Positions 1 to 13,160 of a stretch of 64,000 nucleotides of DNA are shown piece by piece. A program made the position numbers and the translations under genes. Each line of letters begins with the position of its first letter. Position 1 is the first letter of the stretch. Source of the stretch: Eledone cirrhosa (Eukaryota); NCBI GenBank assembly GCA_964016885.1, contig OZ024743.1, positions 319,238,001 to 319,302,000 on the forward strand. The letters run 5' to 3'. Under the pieces are notes generated by a model, which saw only the letters and a list, made by a program, of their open reading frames with translations, ran no database searches and was not told where the DNA came from.

Positions 1-69
1 TTCGGCAATTATTATAAGTTGAACAGAAATACAAAAATTGTCATAAAACCCAGGTTTATAACCATCATA

Positions 70-252
70 TATTGGCAGTATCGGTAGAGGGTCGGACGCC
101 ATGCTTTGTAGCATAGAGTTATGCCCCTTTATGGTCTGAGTTCAAATCTCGCTGAGGTTAACTTTGCTTTTCATCCTTACGGGGTCGATAAAATAAAGCA
201 CCAGTAATGCACTGGGACAATTGCTGGCCTTGTGCCAAAAGTAGAAACAATT
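70..252 (+). mobile_element. tRNA-derived CORE-type SINE (dominant SINE family of the window)
   Basis: A-box-like ggcagtatcggtagag, B-box-like gagttcaaatc, core tcatccttacggggtcgataaaataaagcaccag, tail gctggccttgtgccaaaagtagaaac; near-identical copy at 62803-62985 and many others. Confidence 0.85.
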
Positions 253-394
253 ATATATATATATGATATATATGTACACACACATAGTCATGTACATATA
301 TACACGTGCAAAAAACATGCTTACTCACAAGACATATATATATATGTCTGTGTTGCTAGATCTCCGTCGGTTCCGAAGACGTGTTTTCCAGTTG

Positions 395-645
395 TTAAAG
401 TCAACTTAAAAGTCTGCTCGTGAAATTAACGTGCATGTGGCTGATCATTCCACAGGCACGTGTACCCTTACCGTAGTTATCATGGAGATCAATGTTTAAT
501 AAGACTGGCTCTTTGAATTATAAGTACATTTTTTTCTCAGCCGAGTGAAGTGGAATAACGTGAAATAAAATATTTTGCTTATGAACCCAACGCCTGCCGG
601 GAATAGAACTTCCGATCTCAAGATCGAGAACAGACTAACCTCTGA
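395..645 (-). mobile_element. SINE of a second family (tRNA-like head, LINE-like tail)
   Basis: Shares the aacgtgaaataaa...aacgc block with 5680-5730 and gaaattaacgtg...cacgtgta with 61595-61655. Confidence 0.6.
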
Positions 646-650
646 GTCTC

Positions 651-695
651 TCACACACACACGCGCGCGCACGCACGCACGCACGCATGTATGTA

Positions 696-794
<99 letters not shown>

Positions 795-971
795 CTGTGT
801 ATATATATAACTATATATATTGCTACATGAAAGCTCCATAAACCACAAACGCAAGCTTTCGCTCTCTCATACACACACACATACGTACATACATACATAC
901 ATATATATATACATACATACATATATATATGTATATATACATATATATATATATGTATATATATGTATATG

Positions 972-1053
<82 letters not shown>

Positions 1054-1237
1054 CTTATATACATATATATATATATATATACTTATATATATATACATAC
1101 ATATACTTATATATATATATATATACATACATATACTTATATATATATATATATATACATACATATATATATATATATTTATATATATATATATATACTT
1201 ATATATATATATATACATACATATATATATATATACT

Positions 1238-1305
<68 letters not shown>

Positions 1306-1364
1306 CATATATATATATATATATAAATACATATATATATATATATATAAATACATATATATAA

Positions 1365-1401
<37 letters not shown>

Positions 1402-1482
1402 AATATATATATATACATACATATATATATATAAATACATATATATAAATATATATATATACATACATATATATATATATAC

Positions 1483-1560
<78 letters not shown>
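651..1560. repeat. Compound (TA)n/(CA)n/(TACA)n microsatellite
   Basis: Direct reading; source of the many YI-repeat ORFs. Confidence 0.95.
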
Positions 1561-1562
<2 letters not shown>

Positions 1563-2140
1563 CAGTATTTATATTGCTACATGAAAGAGATCCAATATTA
1601 AATAAGCATCTCAAAAATAACAAGTTAGTTCCATAATAATATTACATAAATGCTTTCGCATACAAAATATGCGAGACTAAGGATTCTGTCAGAAAGCAGT
1701 AATATTTAAATCAAAAGAATCTACCGCAGGATGTTATACGGTAATAATACTAATATGCACAGAATGATGTTTAATACAAAAAATTAAAGCAGTAAAGGCA
1801 AATCACAGAAATAAATGGTGTAGGGTCGATAGGTGAATCTTTAATTGGTATACTTTATTCAAGAAAATAATATGGAATGAAAACAACATTTATTTAGCTA
1901 AAGTAGCCAAATATATGAGAAGAGTACTCAAGTGTAAATAGCAAAGGCTTTTGAACGACGATTCCTTTCTCTTTCGTCGCATAGTTGGTGTACATGCTCG
2001 AATGACCTCACATGTATCTGGTACATATTTTATTGAATAACTGATTAAAGAAAAAAGGTTGTCCGTACCAAAATTTGAACAAAAATTTGAACCGAACTGA
2101 ACTACATACACACACATACAGTTACACGCACACATGTGTG

Positions 2141-2191
<51 letters not shown>

Positions 2192-2250
2192 GTATCGAGG
2201 GGGTTAATCGTCATCCTCCGAACTCCGGTTGTTGGCGGCTGTACTGTATG

Positions 2251-2287
<37 letters not shown>

Positions 2288-2303
2288 TGTGTTAGTTCCA
2301 CAG

Positions 2304-2418
2304 CAAATTAGCAAATCATAATCGAGGACACAGGTTTCACCAAGCAAATTTTCAACCTCACTCGGGTTGAAAATCCGCTTGGTGAAACGTGCGTCATCGA
2401 TTATAGTTTGCTAATTTT
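2304..2418. repeat. Imperfect inverted repeat with a hammerhead-like motif in each arm
   Basis: caaattagcaaa...ttttcaacc mirrored by ggttgaaaa...tttgctaattt; + arm reads tcggg-TTGAAAA-tccgcttggt-GAAA-cgtgc-GTC. Confidence 0.7.
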
Positions 2419-2919
2419 GTCATGAAACTTACTCTATACCGAACTCGTCCTCTGGACTGAGTTGTTTACCATTATTATATAATTCAAAATATGAGCTAAC
2501 TTGACATGGAAAGAAAGTGGAATGCAAGGAAAAAATCTCTAAATCAATTGTCCACTGGAGTTCACCATGATTTCAGTTATTAAGAAAAGGACCATTCAAC
2601 CGAGGGTTCAATATCAAGATGAAACACACAGCAAAATACAATACACTGAGTATTTTCCACTAAGTTGACATGAAAACAGTGAAAAGAGTGTACGTACAGC
2701 CCAGCTTACATGGAACTGAATACAAAATGCAATGGTACCAAGACAGAACGAATGTATCTATACATTGATGACTGATTCTCGGTTTCGAGAATTGCCATGC
2801 ATTGGTCTTTTTTTTAATACACGGACATTTTAGCCATGCTAAGGACGTTCTTCATAGCAGTAACAGGAAAAAAAAGGTTATGCTCACGCAATACACATTA
2901 AAATTGTTTAGATCAAGAT

Positions 2920-3115
2920 ATGCCTGTGCTAGAAGCTTTTTTAAGTGAAGAAAGGCCTTGCACTGGACCAATCCCACTCTCTGAACAACGGTGAGCAGTA
3001 TCCAAAAAGAAGAACAGGTCAACATCGTTGCCTGACATCTAGTTATAGGTTTTACATCAGAGTTTTCCTTTTTCTAGAGTTATGTCCTAGCAAAAATTAA
3101 GGGTCTCTCACTCCC
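2920..3115 (-). mobile_element. Dispersed repeat, probable RTE-type LINE 5' region
   Basis: Homologous to 23130-23290 (tcccactctc...ccaaaaagaagaaca.gtcaacatc...atcagagttttcctt). Confidence 0.5.
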
Positions 3116-3168
3116 AGTGGGCTAACTGCACGCTCGGACACGATACTGAGTATTTTCCTGTCCCTGCG

Positions 3169-3200
<32 letters not shown>

Positions 3201-3225
3201 CATACATACATACATACATACATAC

Positions 3226-5058
3226 ATTAAGGCTTTACAGTTAGCCAAAGTCCCACAACCATTGGTAGCTGCTGTTGAACGCCTGACCAAGAACTGGTAC
3301 ACCGATTTGATCCTTAGAGGTGAGAAGGAGCAAGTTAAGACTGATAAGATACATTACCAGAAGGGCATCTTTCAGGGTGATAGCTTGTCAGTGCTACTCT
3401 TCGTTCTCTCACTGAATCCACTATCTTACCTACTCAGGAAACAAGGTGGACAAAGAAGTGTGTCCAGAAGTATCTCCCATCTTTTCTTTGTTGATGACCT
3501 GAAGTTGTATGGGTCAAATATCAATGACATCAAGAAACAATTGGACCTCATTACACAATTTTCAACCGACATCAAAATGAAATTTGGTGAGTCCAAGTGT
3601 GCATATTTGGCAGTAAAACGTGGAAGAGCTGTGCCCTCCTCTAGAAACCTAGAGATGAACGGCCTAACAATACAACCTCTAGAGTCAGGTGACAACTACA
3701 GATATCTTGGACAGGATGAGAATGTCAGTTATGATGGACCCAGAACTGAATACCTCAGAAGAGTAAAGAAAATATGGTCATCAAAACTGTCAGCGTGCAA
3801 CAAATACATTGCCCACAATACTTATGCTGTGCCAATTCTAACACCAACATTTGGCTTGCTGAACTGGTCATTGCAAGAACTAAGTGAGATGGATGTTAGA
3901 ACTCGCAAACTTCTCAGTGTTACTGGGAACTTTAACATCAATGGTGATGTGGATAGGCTATACTTCCCACGCAAGGAAGGTGGCCGGGGTCTAAAATCAA
4001 TATTAACAATATATGAGACCCGGATAGTAACACTGAAGCAACACCTTCAACAGAGGAAAAATGTAGGCAACCATCTTGCCCAGGTTTATGAGCATGAAAA
4101 AAAAATATCATTAGAATAGCGACTGATCTGGAGGAGAGATATGGAATAAAACCTGATATAAATCTCTCACCCAGAGAAATCGGAAGATCCTATTCAATGT
4201 TCAAACAAGATGAAAAAATTGACCAATTTACAGAAAAAATTGTGCATGGATACTTGAGACGTAAAAAACAGACCATAGAGGGGATAAACCACTCAAAAAA
4301 CCTAGCATGGAGTTCCGACAAGTTTATGACATCACACCTTGAGGGATATCTCTATGCAATACAGGAACAAGAACTCCCTACCAAATATCTGCTGCACAAA
4401 AGAGGAGGGCCAGCAGCTGACAATAAATGTAGGCTATGTAAAACAAAGATCAAGGATGTAAGCCACATTGTTGCCAGCTACTACCCCCTCCATGAGACAC
4501 GATAGGATAGCTAGAACCATCTGGAACGCACTTCGGAAAACAAAATTAACAACAAACGAGGAAGAATATATTGAGACAGATGGCACTAAGGAATACTGGT
4601 GGAACCTGAAAATAAAAACTGCCACCAAATTAAAGCACAACCGGCCTGATATTGTTGTTTGGGACCACACATTGAAAACGTGTTCTGTTGTGGAGATCAG
4701 CTGCCCACTTGACGTAAACGTTGTCAGAAAAATACAGGAGAAGGAGGACATCTACGGACCATTGATGAGGAGTTTACAAATCCAGTATCCAAGATACACC
4801 TTTAGCTTCATACCCATCATTATTGGAGCTACGGGTTATATACCAACCCGCTTGGACCAAAGTATGACTGAACTTGGATTTGCGGACAAAAAGCGCAGCT
4901 CCCTAATTCATAGTCTACAAATGGCTGCGATAGCTGGCACCTTCAAAATTTGCAAAACATTCTTGCGATTCAAGGGATGACAATTTCTTTTCTTTTACAA
5001 CCTTGCCACCAGGAAGGTGGCCGGTCAAAAATATATACTCGAAATTAAGAGAAAGAGA
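3226..5058 (+). mobile_element. 5'-truncated R4/Dong-type RLE non-LTR retrotransposon (copy 1), disrupted ORF
   Basis: RT motifs QGDSLS and FVDD, partial CCHC knuckle, RHD, RPD..VEISCP endonuclease; nearly identical to 8247-10116; (TACA)n on both sides. Confidence 0.95.
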
Positions 5059-5457
5059 TAACATACATACATACATGTATACATACACACTTGTATGCAT
5101 GTGGCTAAATGAACACACACGTGCTTTTTCTTCAAAAAACAATTTTCCGTTTCTTCCTCTTCTCACTTTCCTCTATTTTTCTATTTTTTTAATTTTTTAT
5201 TTATCATTCTATGTATTGATGAAAGAATACCGTCCGAGACGTTGAGACTGTTTTCCTATTACATCGAGCGTTAAACTGAAATATATCTTCATAGTAATGT
5301 ATTGTTTTGCTCTGTTGTTTTCAGTTAGCTTTTCGCATACATATACACATAGATACATACATACAAACATACACACACACACAGACACACAGACACACAC
5401 ACACATATATATGTATGTATATATGTATATATATAATATATATATATATAATAGATA

Positions 5458-5783
5458 GAGGGTAAAGACCCCTTTCGGTCACGAATGTCCATGGGATTTG
5501 CTCCTAGAAAGTTCCCCTCCGAGGTACAAGTCTGGGCAAGATTGTTTACGGAAAACCAGCAGTCGCCTATGCATACCGGTCTCCACTTTCCACACCACCG
5601 ATGTTGACCAAGGGAAAAGGCAATGACCAATACAGATTGGTGCCAGCGACGTGACAACTCATTTCTACAGTTGAGTAAACTAGAGCAACGTAAAATAAAG
5701 TCTTATGCTGAAGGACACAACGCATAATCCAGTCTGGGAATCGAACTCATAACCTCACGATTGTAAGCCCACACTTTAAACCC
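5458..5783 (-). mobile_element. SINE with tRNA-like head and LINE-like 3' tail
   Basis: Minus-strand B-box gagttcgattcc followed by gtgtccttcagcataagactttatttt; similar head at 17598-17700 and 54580-54615. Confidence 0.7.
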
Positions 5784-5899
5784 TTCACACATACACACAT
5801 ACACATGCACACACACATACATACATACATACATACATACATACATACATACATACATACATACATACATACATACATACATACATACATACATACATA

Positions 5900-8800
5900 A
5901 ATGGCGACCGTTGTGGTCAGTGTCCGATAATCAGACGTGTGTAATTACGGCTTACATGAAGGCAACATACCATATATTGGAAAAAGTTGAGCTACATTAC
6001 GCGGTAAGATTACATACAATAATTCTACATAAGTGTTTGAACTGTAAGTGTGTTGTAAAACACCTATTTATATGAACGATACATACACTTATGATATATG
6101 AACGATACATACACTTTAACATATAAATGCAACGTTGTTATATTACATTTATAAAGAAATATAAAAGTAACGTTTTCGATTCAGAAACAAAAATATAAGT
6201 GTTTGAACTGTGAATGTTGTGAATATGTTGTAGAACACCTATTTATATGAATGATACATAAACTTTAACATATAAATACAGCGTTGTTATATTATATTAC
6301 ATTCGTAAAGGAATATACTAAGTAACGGTTCTTTTTGTTCTCGATTCAAACGATTCAAGAACAACGTTTAAAACACAGTTGTAGAATTAAAAACTAACTG
6401 AAAAGAAATATTACCCAAGCTGTGAATAACTTTAAATTTGATTCTGACAGAAATTTGTCGTAACTTTTAAAGAAGATCATCGACTATTCAAAAAAAATAA
6501 ATACAAAATATTAGTGAATAGACGAACTCATCATGGCAAAAAGTACAAGTCTCCTTCGACCAAATCGCAATTACAACCGTTGTATACAGTGGAGCTACGA
6601 GCTTAACAAAGAATTATATGAAGCATACAAACAATCTGAACCCCAAAAGTTCGGTTTTATGCAAAGGCTAAAAACTTTATGGAACTCCAAACACCCAGAA
6701 TTAGACTTTTCTCCAAAGCATCTAAATGAACAGGTAAAACGTATCATTAGATGTAAATTGATACATCTAACGGAATTGAGTGATACTACAAATACAGCCC
6801 TTGTAGACAACCACCCCACCTCCACTGACAGACAAAGAGAATGGCCAGCTAAATCTAACAGTGAACAGCTCACCAACAATTTTGCTGAAATCCATCCCAC
6901 TTCCACTGAAGAACAGCGAGAAAGGTCAGCTGACTCTAGTAGTAATTGTCACCACATCAACAACGAGGCTGCAATTCATGACTCTACTGAACAAACAGAG
7001 CACCAAAAACTTGTGGGCACCCTACAAGTGATATGGAACGATATGTTTCAAGAGATACACAGCCTTAATGTGAGTGACAGACCATACAACACTAGAGTCA
7101 GTAAAGAACCCACTAAATTGGAATTGGAAGCGGTGAACGAAATAGCTGGCAATTATCTGAAGGCTATACGATCTAAAGGTTAGAAAGGACATTTGAAACG
7201 CTCAATGTTTTGTTATATGTTTCAGCTGTCACATTGCTATCATATAACACACATCTAAAACCACGCAATCAAGATAAAAACAGAAAGCCTGAACCAGCGT
7301 GGATGCGAAATTTAAAAACCAAAATTTTGTCCCTGAGACGAAGTATCTCACACATCGCAGTCGTTATGAAATGCAACATAGAGAGCAACTTCACACGACA
7401 CCAGGAAGACCTAAAGAAAAAGTTAGAGAGACGATTTGGAGATACCAAATTTAAAACTTTGAACTCCAAATTACACCAGTTGAAACAACAACTCACAGCT
7501 ACAACAGAAAGACTAAAATATAAGTCAACAGCACATAAACGACAAGTGCTAAATAGATTGTTTGCCAGAGATCCTAAATCAGTTTATCGCAGCTTCGGTG
7601 GCAAAAGCTCAATCCCTGTAAACGACACCCCTTCAAAAGAACAGGTTGAGAACTACTGGAGATCTGTATGGGAAACGGATGACGGATTCAACAGACAAGC
7701 TAATTGGCTAAAACAACTGGAACAGGACTACTGCCAACATGTCCAGACAAAACAATATGACATAGATGGGTCAATACTGGAAACAGCTCTACAGAAAATG
7801 TCGAATAGGAAATCGCCAGGCCCAGACATCATTACAGGATACTGGTTGAAGAATTTCACTTTCTATCGGCAAGATCTCATACGGCTGTTTACAGAAACCA
7901 TTAAGGGCACACAAGAACTGCCCAGATGGTTATCAACTGCCACTACTCTCCTCATTCCCAAAAATAGCCAAACCACCCTTGCTAAAAATTACCGCCCAAT
8001 TGCCTGCCAAAACATCATGTATAAATTATATACTGGGTGCCTTAACCTGTTCTTACAGGATCACTGTGCTACCAACAACATCATAACACCTGAGCAGGCT
8101 GGTGGAAAGAGGGAGGTGTGGGGTTGCATAGATCACCTACTAACTAACAAAATGATTCAGGAAAAAACAACAAAGAATCGCAGAAACATGACTGTCGTGT
8201 GGCTGGACTATCAAAAAGCATTTGATAGTGTACCTCATGGGTGGATTATTAAGGCTTTACAGTTAGCTAAAGTCCCACAACCATTTGTAGCTGCTGTTGA
8301 ACGCCTGACCAAGAACTGGTACACCAATTTGTTCCTTAGAGGTGAGAAGGAGCAGGTTAAGACTGATAGGATACATTACCAGAAGGGCATCTTTCAGGGT
8401 GATAGCTTGTCAGTACTACTCTTCGTTCTCTCACTGAATCCACTATCTTACCTACTCAGGAAACAAGGTGGACAAAGAAGTGGGCCCAGAAGTATCTCCC
8501 ATCTTTTCTTTGTTGATGACCTGAAGTTGTATGGGCCAAATATCAATGACATCAAGAAACAATTGGACCTCATTACACAATTTTCAACCGACATCAAAAT
8601 GAAATTTGGTGAGTCCAAGTGTGCATATTTGGCAGTAAAACGTGGAAGAGCTGTGCCCTCCTCTAGAAATCTAGAGATGAACGGCCTGACAATACAACCT
8701 CTGCAGTCAGGTGACAACTACAGATATCTTGGACAGGATGAGAATGTCAGATATGATGGACCCATAAATAAGGAGAGAACCAGAACTGAATACCTCAGAA

Positions 8801-10116
8801 GAGTAAAAAAAATATGGTCATCAGAACTGTCAGCATACAACAAATACATTGCCCACAATACCTATGCTGTGCCAATTCTAACGCCAACATTTGGCCTACT
8901 AAACTGGTCATTGCAAGAACTAAGTGAGATGGATGTTAGAAGTCGAAAACTTCTCAGTGTTACTGGGAACTTTAACATCAATGGTGATGTGGATAGGCTA
9001 TACTTCTCACGCAAGGAAGGTGGCCGGGGTCTAAAATCAATATTAACAACATATGAGACCCGGATAGTAACACTGAAGCAACACCTTCAACAGAGGAAAA
9101 AGGTTGGCGACCATCTTGCTCAGGTTTATGAGCATGAAAAAAGAATATCATTAGAATAGCGACTGATCTGGAGGAGAGATATGGAATAAAGCCTGATATA
9201 AATCTCTCACCCAGAGAAATCGGAAGATCCTATTCAATGTTCAAACAAGAAAAAAAATTGACCAATTTACAGAGAAAGTTGTGCATGGATACTTGAGGCG
9301 TAAAACACAGACCATAGAGGGGATAAACCACTCAAAAAGCCTGGCATGGAGTTCCGACAAGTTTATGACATCACACCTTGAGGGATATCTCTATGCAATA
9401 CAGGAACAAGAACTCCCTACCAAATATCTGCTGCACAAAAGAGGAGGGCCAGCAGCTGACAATAAATGTAGGCTATGTAAAACAAAGATCGAGGATGTAA
9501 GCCACATTGTTGCCAGCTGCGAAAGAATGTCATCTCGCTACTACCTCCCCATGAGACACGATGGGATAGCTAGAACTATCTGGAACGCACTTCGGAAAAC
9601 AAAATTAACAACAAACGAGGAATAATATATTGAGACAGATGGCACTAAGGAATACTGGTGGAACCTGAAAATAGAAACTGCCACCAAATTAAAGCACAAC
9701 CGGCCTGATATTGTAGTTTGGGACCACACATTGAAAACGTGTTCTGTTGTGGAGATCAGCTGCCCACTTGATGTAAACGTTGTCAGAAAAATACAGGAGA
9801 AGGAGGACATCTACGGACCATTGATGAGGAGTTTACAAATCCAGTATCCAAGATACACCTTTAGCTTCATACCCATCATTATTGGTGCTACGGGTTATAT
9901 ACCAACCCGCTTGGACCAAAGTATGACCGAACTTGGATTTGCGGACAAAAAGCGCAGCTCCCTAATTCATAGTCTACAAATGGCTGCGATAGCTGGCACC
10001 TTCAAAATTTGCAAAACATTCTTGCGATTCAAGGGATGACAATTTCTTTTCTTTTACAACTTTGCCACCAGGAAGGTGGCCGGTTAAAAAAATATACTCG
10101 AAATTAAGAGAAAGAG
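5900..10116 (+). mobile_element. Near full-length R4/Dong-clade non-LTR retrotransposon (RT plus restriction-like endonuclease), copy 2
   Basis: ~630-nt 5' UTR, single long ORF, short 3' UTR ending gagaaagaga; perfect (TACA)n tracts at both junctions. Confidence 0.95.
6533..10039 (+). pseudogene. RT-RLE polyprotein broken by three frameshifts (~7190, ~9140, ~9250) and a stop at 9623
   Basis: R4-type N-terminal domain (QWSYELN..GFMQRLKTLW), KSPGPD, NYRPIAC, WLDYQKAFDSV, QGDSLS, FVDD, CRLC..H..C, RHD, RPD, VEISCP. Confidence 0.93.
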
Positions 10117-10729
10117 AATACATACATACATACATACATACATACATACATACATACATACATACATACATACATACATACATGTGTGAGTATTATGGCA
10201 ATTATGTGATGAATTTAGTACTATAGAAGATACGCAGTACGATTTCTGAATCTTTATTGTATCGCTGACATGGTTAGTTTTGAAGGTCGTGTTTGAATTG
10301 AAATCACGGCTGCGGTGCGGCTTTGTGGGTAGATTTCAGTATAGGATTCTGATTTTCGTTTTCTTAGATATGGAAATATAATGGGTTTGGCTTTAATTTG
10401 CTTACTTTCAATCTGAAGCATGTACAGTGTTAGATACCCCCCCCCCCCCCCCCTCACGCACACGTGCGCACACATGCATATATAAATGCATATATAAATG
10501 CACATATAATCCCCACCTATATATATATATGATGAAATCTCTCATCTTGTTCGACGCATGAGGGCTAAAAGATTTTACTTTCTCTTTACTTCCCAATTTA
10601 GTGTTTGTGTCTTCTATGGGACGCTAAATCTGCTCTGCTTTTGCAAACCAAACTGCAACCTCCACAAATAAATTGTTGCAAAGAAATTGTGTTCCATCCA
10701 CTTTGCCTTAGATCGCCTACATTTTCAAT

Positions 10730-11450
10730 CCTTGTTTTGACATGACTCTTGATGCCATTTGGACAGATTTTTCTCTACCTATTGCGATCAGCAGCACATT
10801 CCTCAAATTCTGATAGTTGTATTCCAATATGCTTGATATTATTCTAAAAAGTTTTCCTACGTTTCACATTCCCGCTTGAGGTTCGCTATAAGTGAGATTT
10901 TAGGCAACCCTTCATCATTTATTCTAACAACATGGCCAGTCCATGTTAATTGAGTTTTTATTAAGAAGGCCTCTATGCTTTGTATATCACATTTATGAAG
11001 CACTGTTCATTAGAGACTTTGTCCTTCCATGTGAAACCATAGATAATTCTGAGACATCTCTTGTGGAATGTATCTAGCTGTGTAATATGTTTTTCATATG
11101 GTCCCCACGATTCAGACTCATATAGCAATATCGAGACGACAACTGCATGGTAAACTGAGATTTTTTTTTTCGAACTCAATCCTTTCTCATTCCATACCCT
11201 TTACAATGGCATCAAAAGCTTTGGCGATCCTATTTACTATATCATCGTCTAAAGATGCGTTAGAATTGATTTTCCATCCTAAGTATAGAAAGGACTTCTT
11301 ATATTTTAGATGATTGTTACCCACAAGAATTTGACTTGATTGGGGCCTATTTAGTATTATGCCCCTTCTTTGAATTGGTGATTTCTGTCTTTTTAACACT
11401 TATTATTAGGCCAAACGCAGAGGAAAACCGGCTTACGATTCTTGTGCTTC
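10730..11450 (-). mobile_element. Degenerate RTE-clade LINE fragment (RT C-terminus/thumb)
   Basis: FLYLG...DDDIVNRIAKA and KISVYHAVVVSILLYESESW in ORFs 11187-11399 and 10973-11179. Confidence 0.85.
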
Positions 11451-12088
11451 CGAGAAAGAATTAGGTACTAGTATTCGCTAACAAGAAGTATAATGCCATT
11501 TTCGTTCTAGTAACGGTTTTACTAATTTTGTACACCGAAATATATTAATTTATTTGAAATAAAGTACAAGAGTAAAATATAACTTCTGAATATACTTAAC
11601 CGAGAATTCTGTATACAACATTATTTTAATGTTCATGCTGAGTTTTCTGTAAAGAAAAAAAAAATAGCTGTTGTCAAACGAACATCAATATTTAAATTAG
11701 CACACCCACTTGTATTCTAAGAAACATTTTTGACATTGCTCTAAGTTTTCAGCTCTTAGTAGGTCGGTATGGTTAAGTGGAACCTGACAGCGGACAGTGA
11801 GAAGGAAAACACTGTTCACCATGTGATTTATGGTGTTTTTGCAGAAAAATTCTTTTTATAACATGTTTTAAATATATGTAAATGTATTTATTTTCATTTT
11901 TTCATGCGGTGTTTAATGTAACGAGAACTTATATTATCATTGTTGAAGAAAGTGGGTGGTTAGGTTTCATGTATTCATGTATGGGATTTTGATTATCCAA
12001 TTAAACGCCTTGTGAGAACAATATATATTCTGACATGCTAAAGAGCCCAGGTTTGTTAATGTTTCTTTACTAAACTGTTATTTCATGG

Positions 12089-12200
<112 letters not shown>

Positions 12201-12949
12201 TCTAAATAAACGTAGATAGGTGGTCACAGCTCTGACCTAGTTATCATTTTACCATATTTCTAATAAAAAAACACTACACCTAATCGTTATTAATCTTTTA
12301 TTTGGGACATGACATAACATAGGTCCTTAAATAAAATTAACATAAAAAAGTTTAGATAAATATAAATACATTAAAATAAACAACTTTATACTAACCAATG
12401 GCGGTTTCAGGCGTCTTGGTATTCAACAAGTTAAAATGCTGGTTAACTTTCCAGTACACTTTCATCCTTTGTCAACAAACACATTATTCATCACCGTGGT
12501 TCATGAAGAAATCATTTTATTTCCTCCCAACAATGTTTTAGACATTATTTTAGACTCTTTAGGAAATTATTGGGAACCGGGTAAACCCTATTTTATTTTA
12601 ATAAAAGACGATATATTTTATAACTTGAGAACAACTTGCAATTGAAGATGAACGGAACACAAACTTGGTGGTTGAAGCCACTTTCTTTAATCACCATTTA
12701 CGTACAGCGGGTGTAGCGTTCGCAGTAGTACGACACGTGTCGTAAGTTTGAGCCGTCGTTAAACAAAATGGTAATTAAGTGAGAAGTGACAGTATTTGAT
12801 TCGCGATGGTGGACACACACTTCTTTCATTCGCAAATTTAACATTAATTGTCAATGTAAATGACAAATTAATGACTTTCAAATATCAAACACTTTCAAAT
12901 ACAGAAATAATTCTTAATACAGGGGATTTAATACTTCAAAAAGCAGTGA

Positions 12950-13160
12950 ACTATTAGAGTCGTTACAGCATAAAAATAAATGCCGTGGTATTATTCTGGT
13001 ACTCTATGCTCTGAGTTTAAATCCCGTTGAAGTTAACTTTGAATTTCATCGTTTCGGGGTCGATAAATAAAGTACCAGTTCAATTGGGACAGTAGATTGA
13101 GAGAATTGTTAAATAGTCGGACGGAATGTTCCGTGCATTCTGAGTCCAAATCTCACCTCT
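12950..13160 (+). mobile_element. Degenerate CORE-type SINE plus a second SINE head
   Basis: ctctgagtttaaatccc...tttcggggtcgataaataaagtaccag. Confidence 0.7.

Noticed and set aside
70-170. tRNA genes at A/B-box motifs
   Set aside because: No cloverleaf; each continues into SINE core sequence
575-1623. Many overlapping ORFs rich in YI, HT or CV repeats (also near 23.3, 25.6, 32, 37, 39.9 and 52 kb)
   Set aside because: Translations of stop-free dinucleotide microsatellites, not genes
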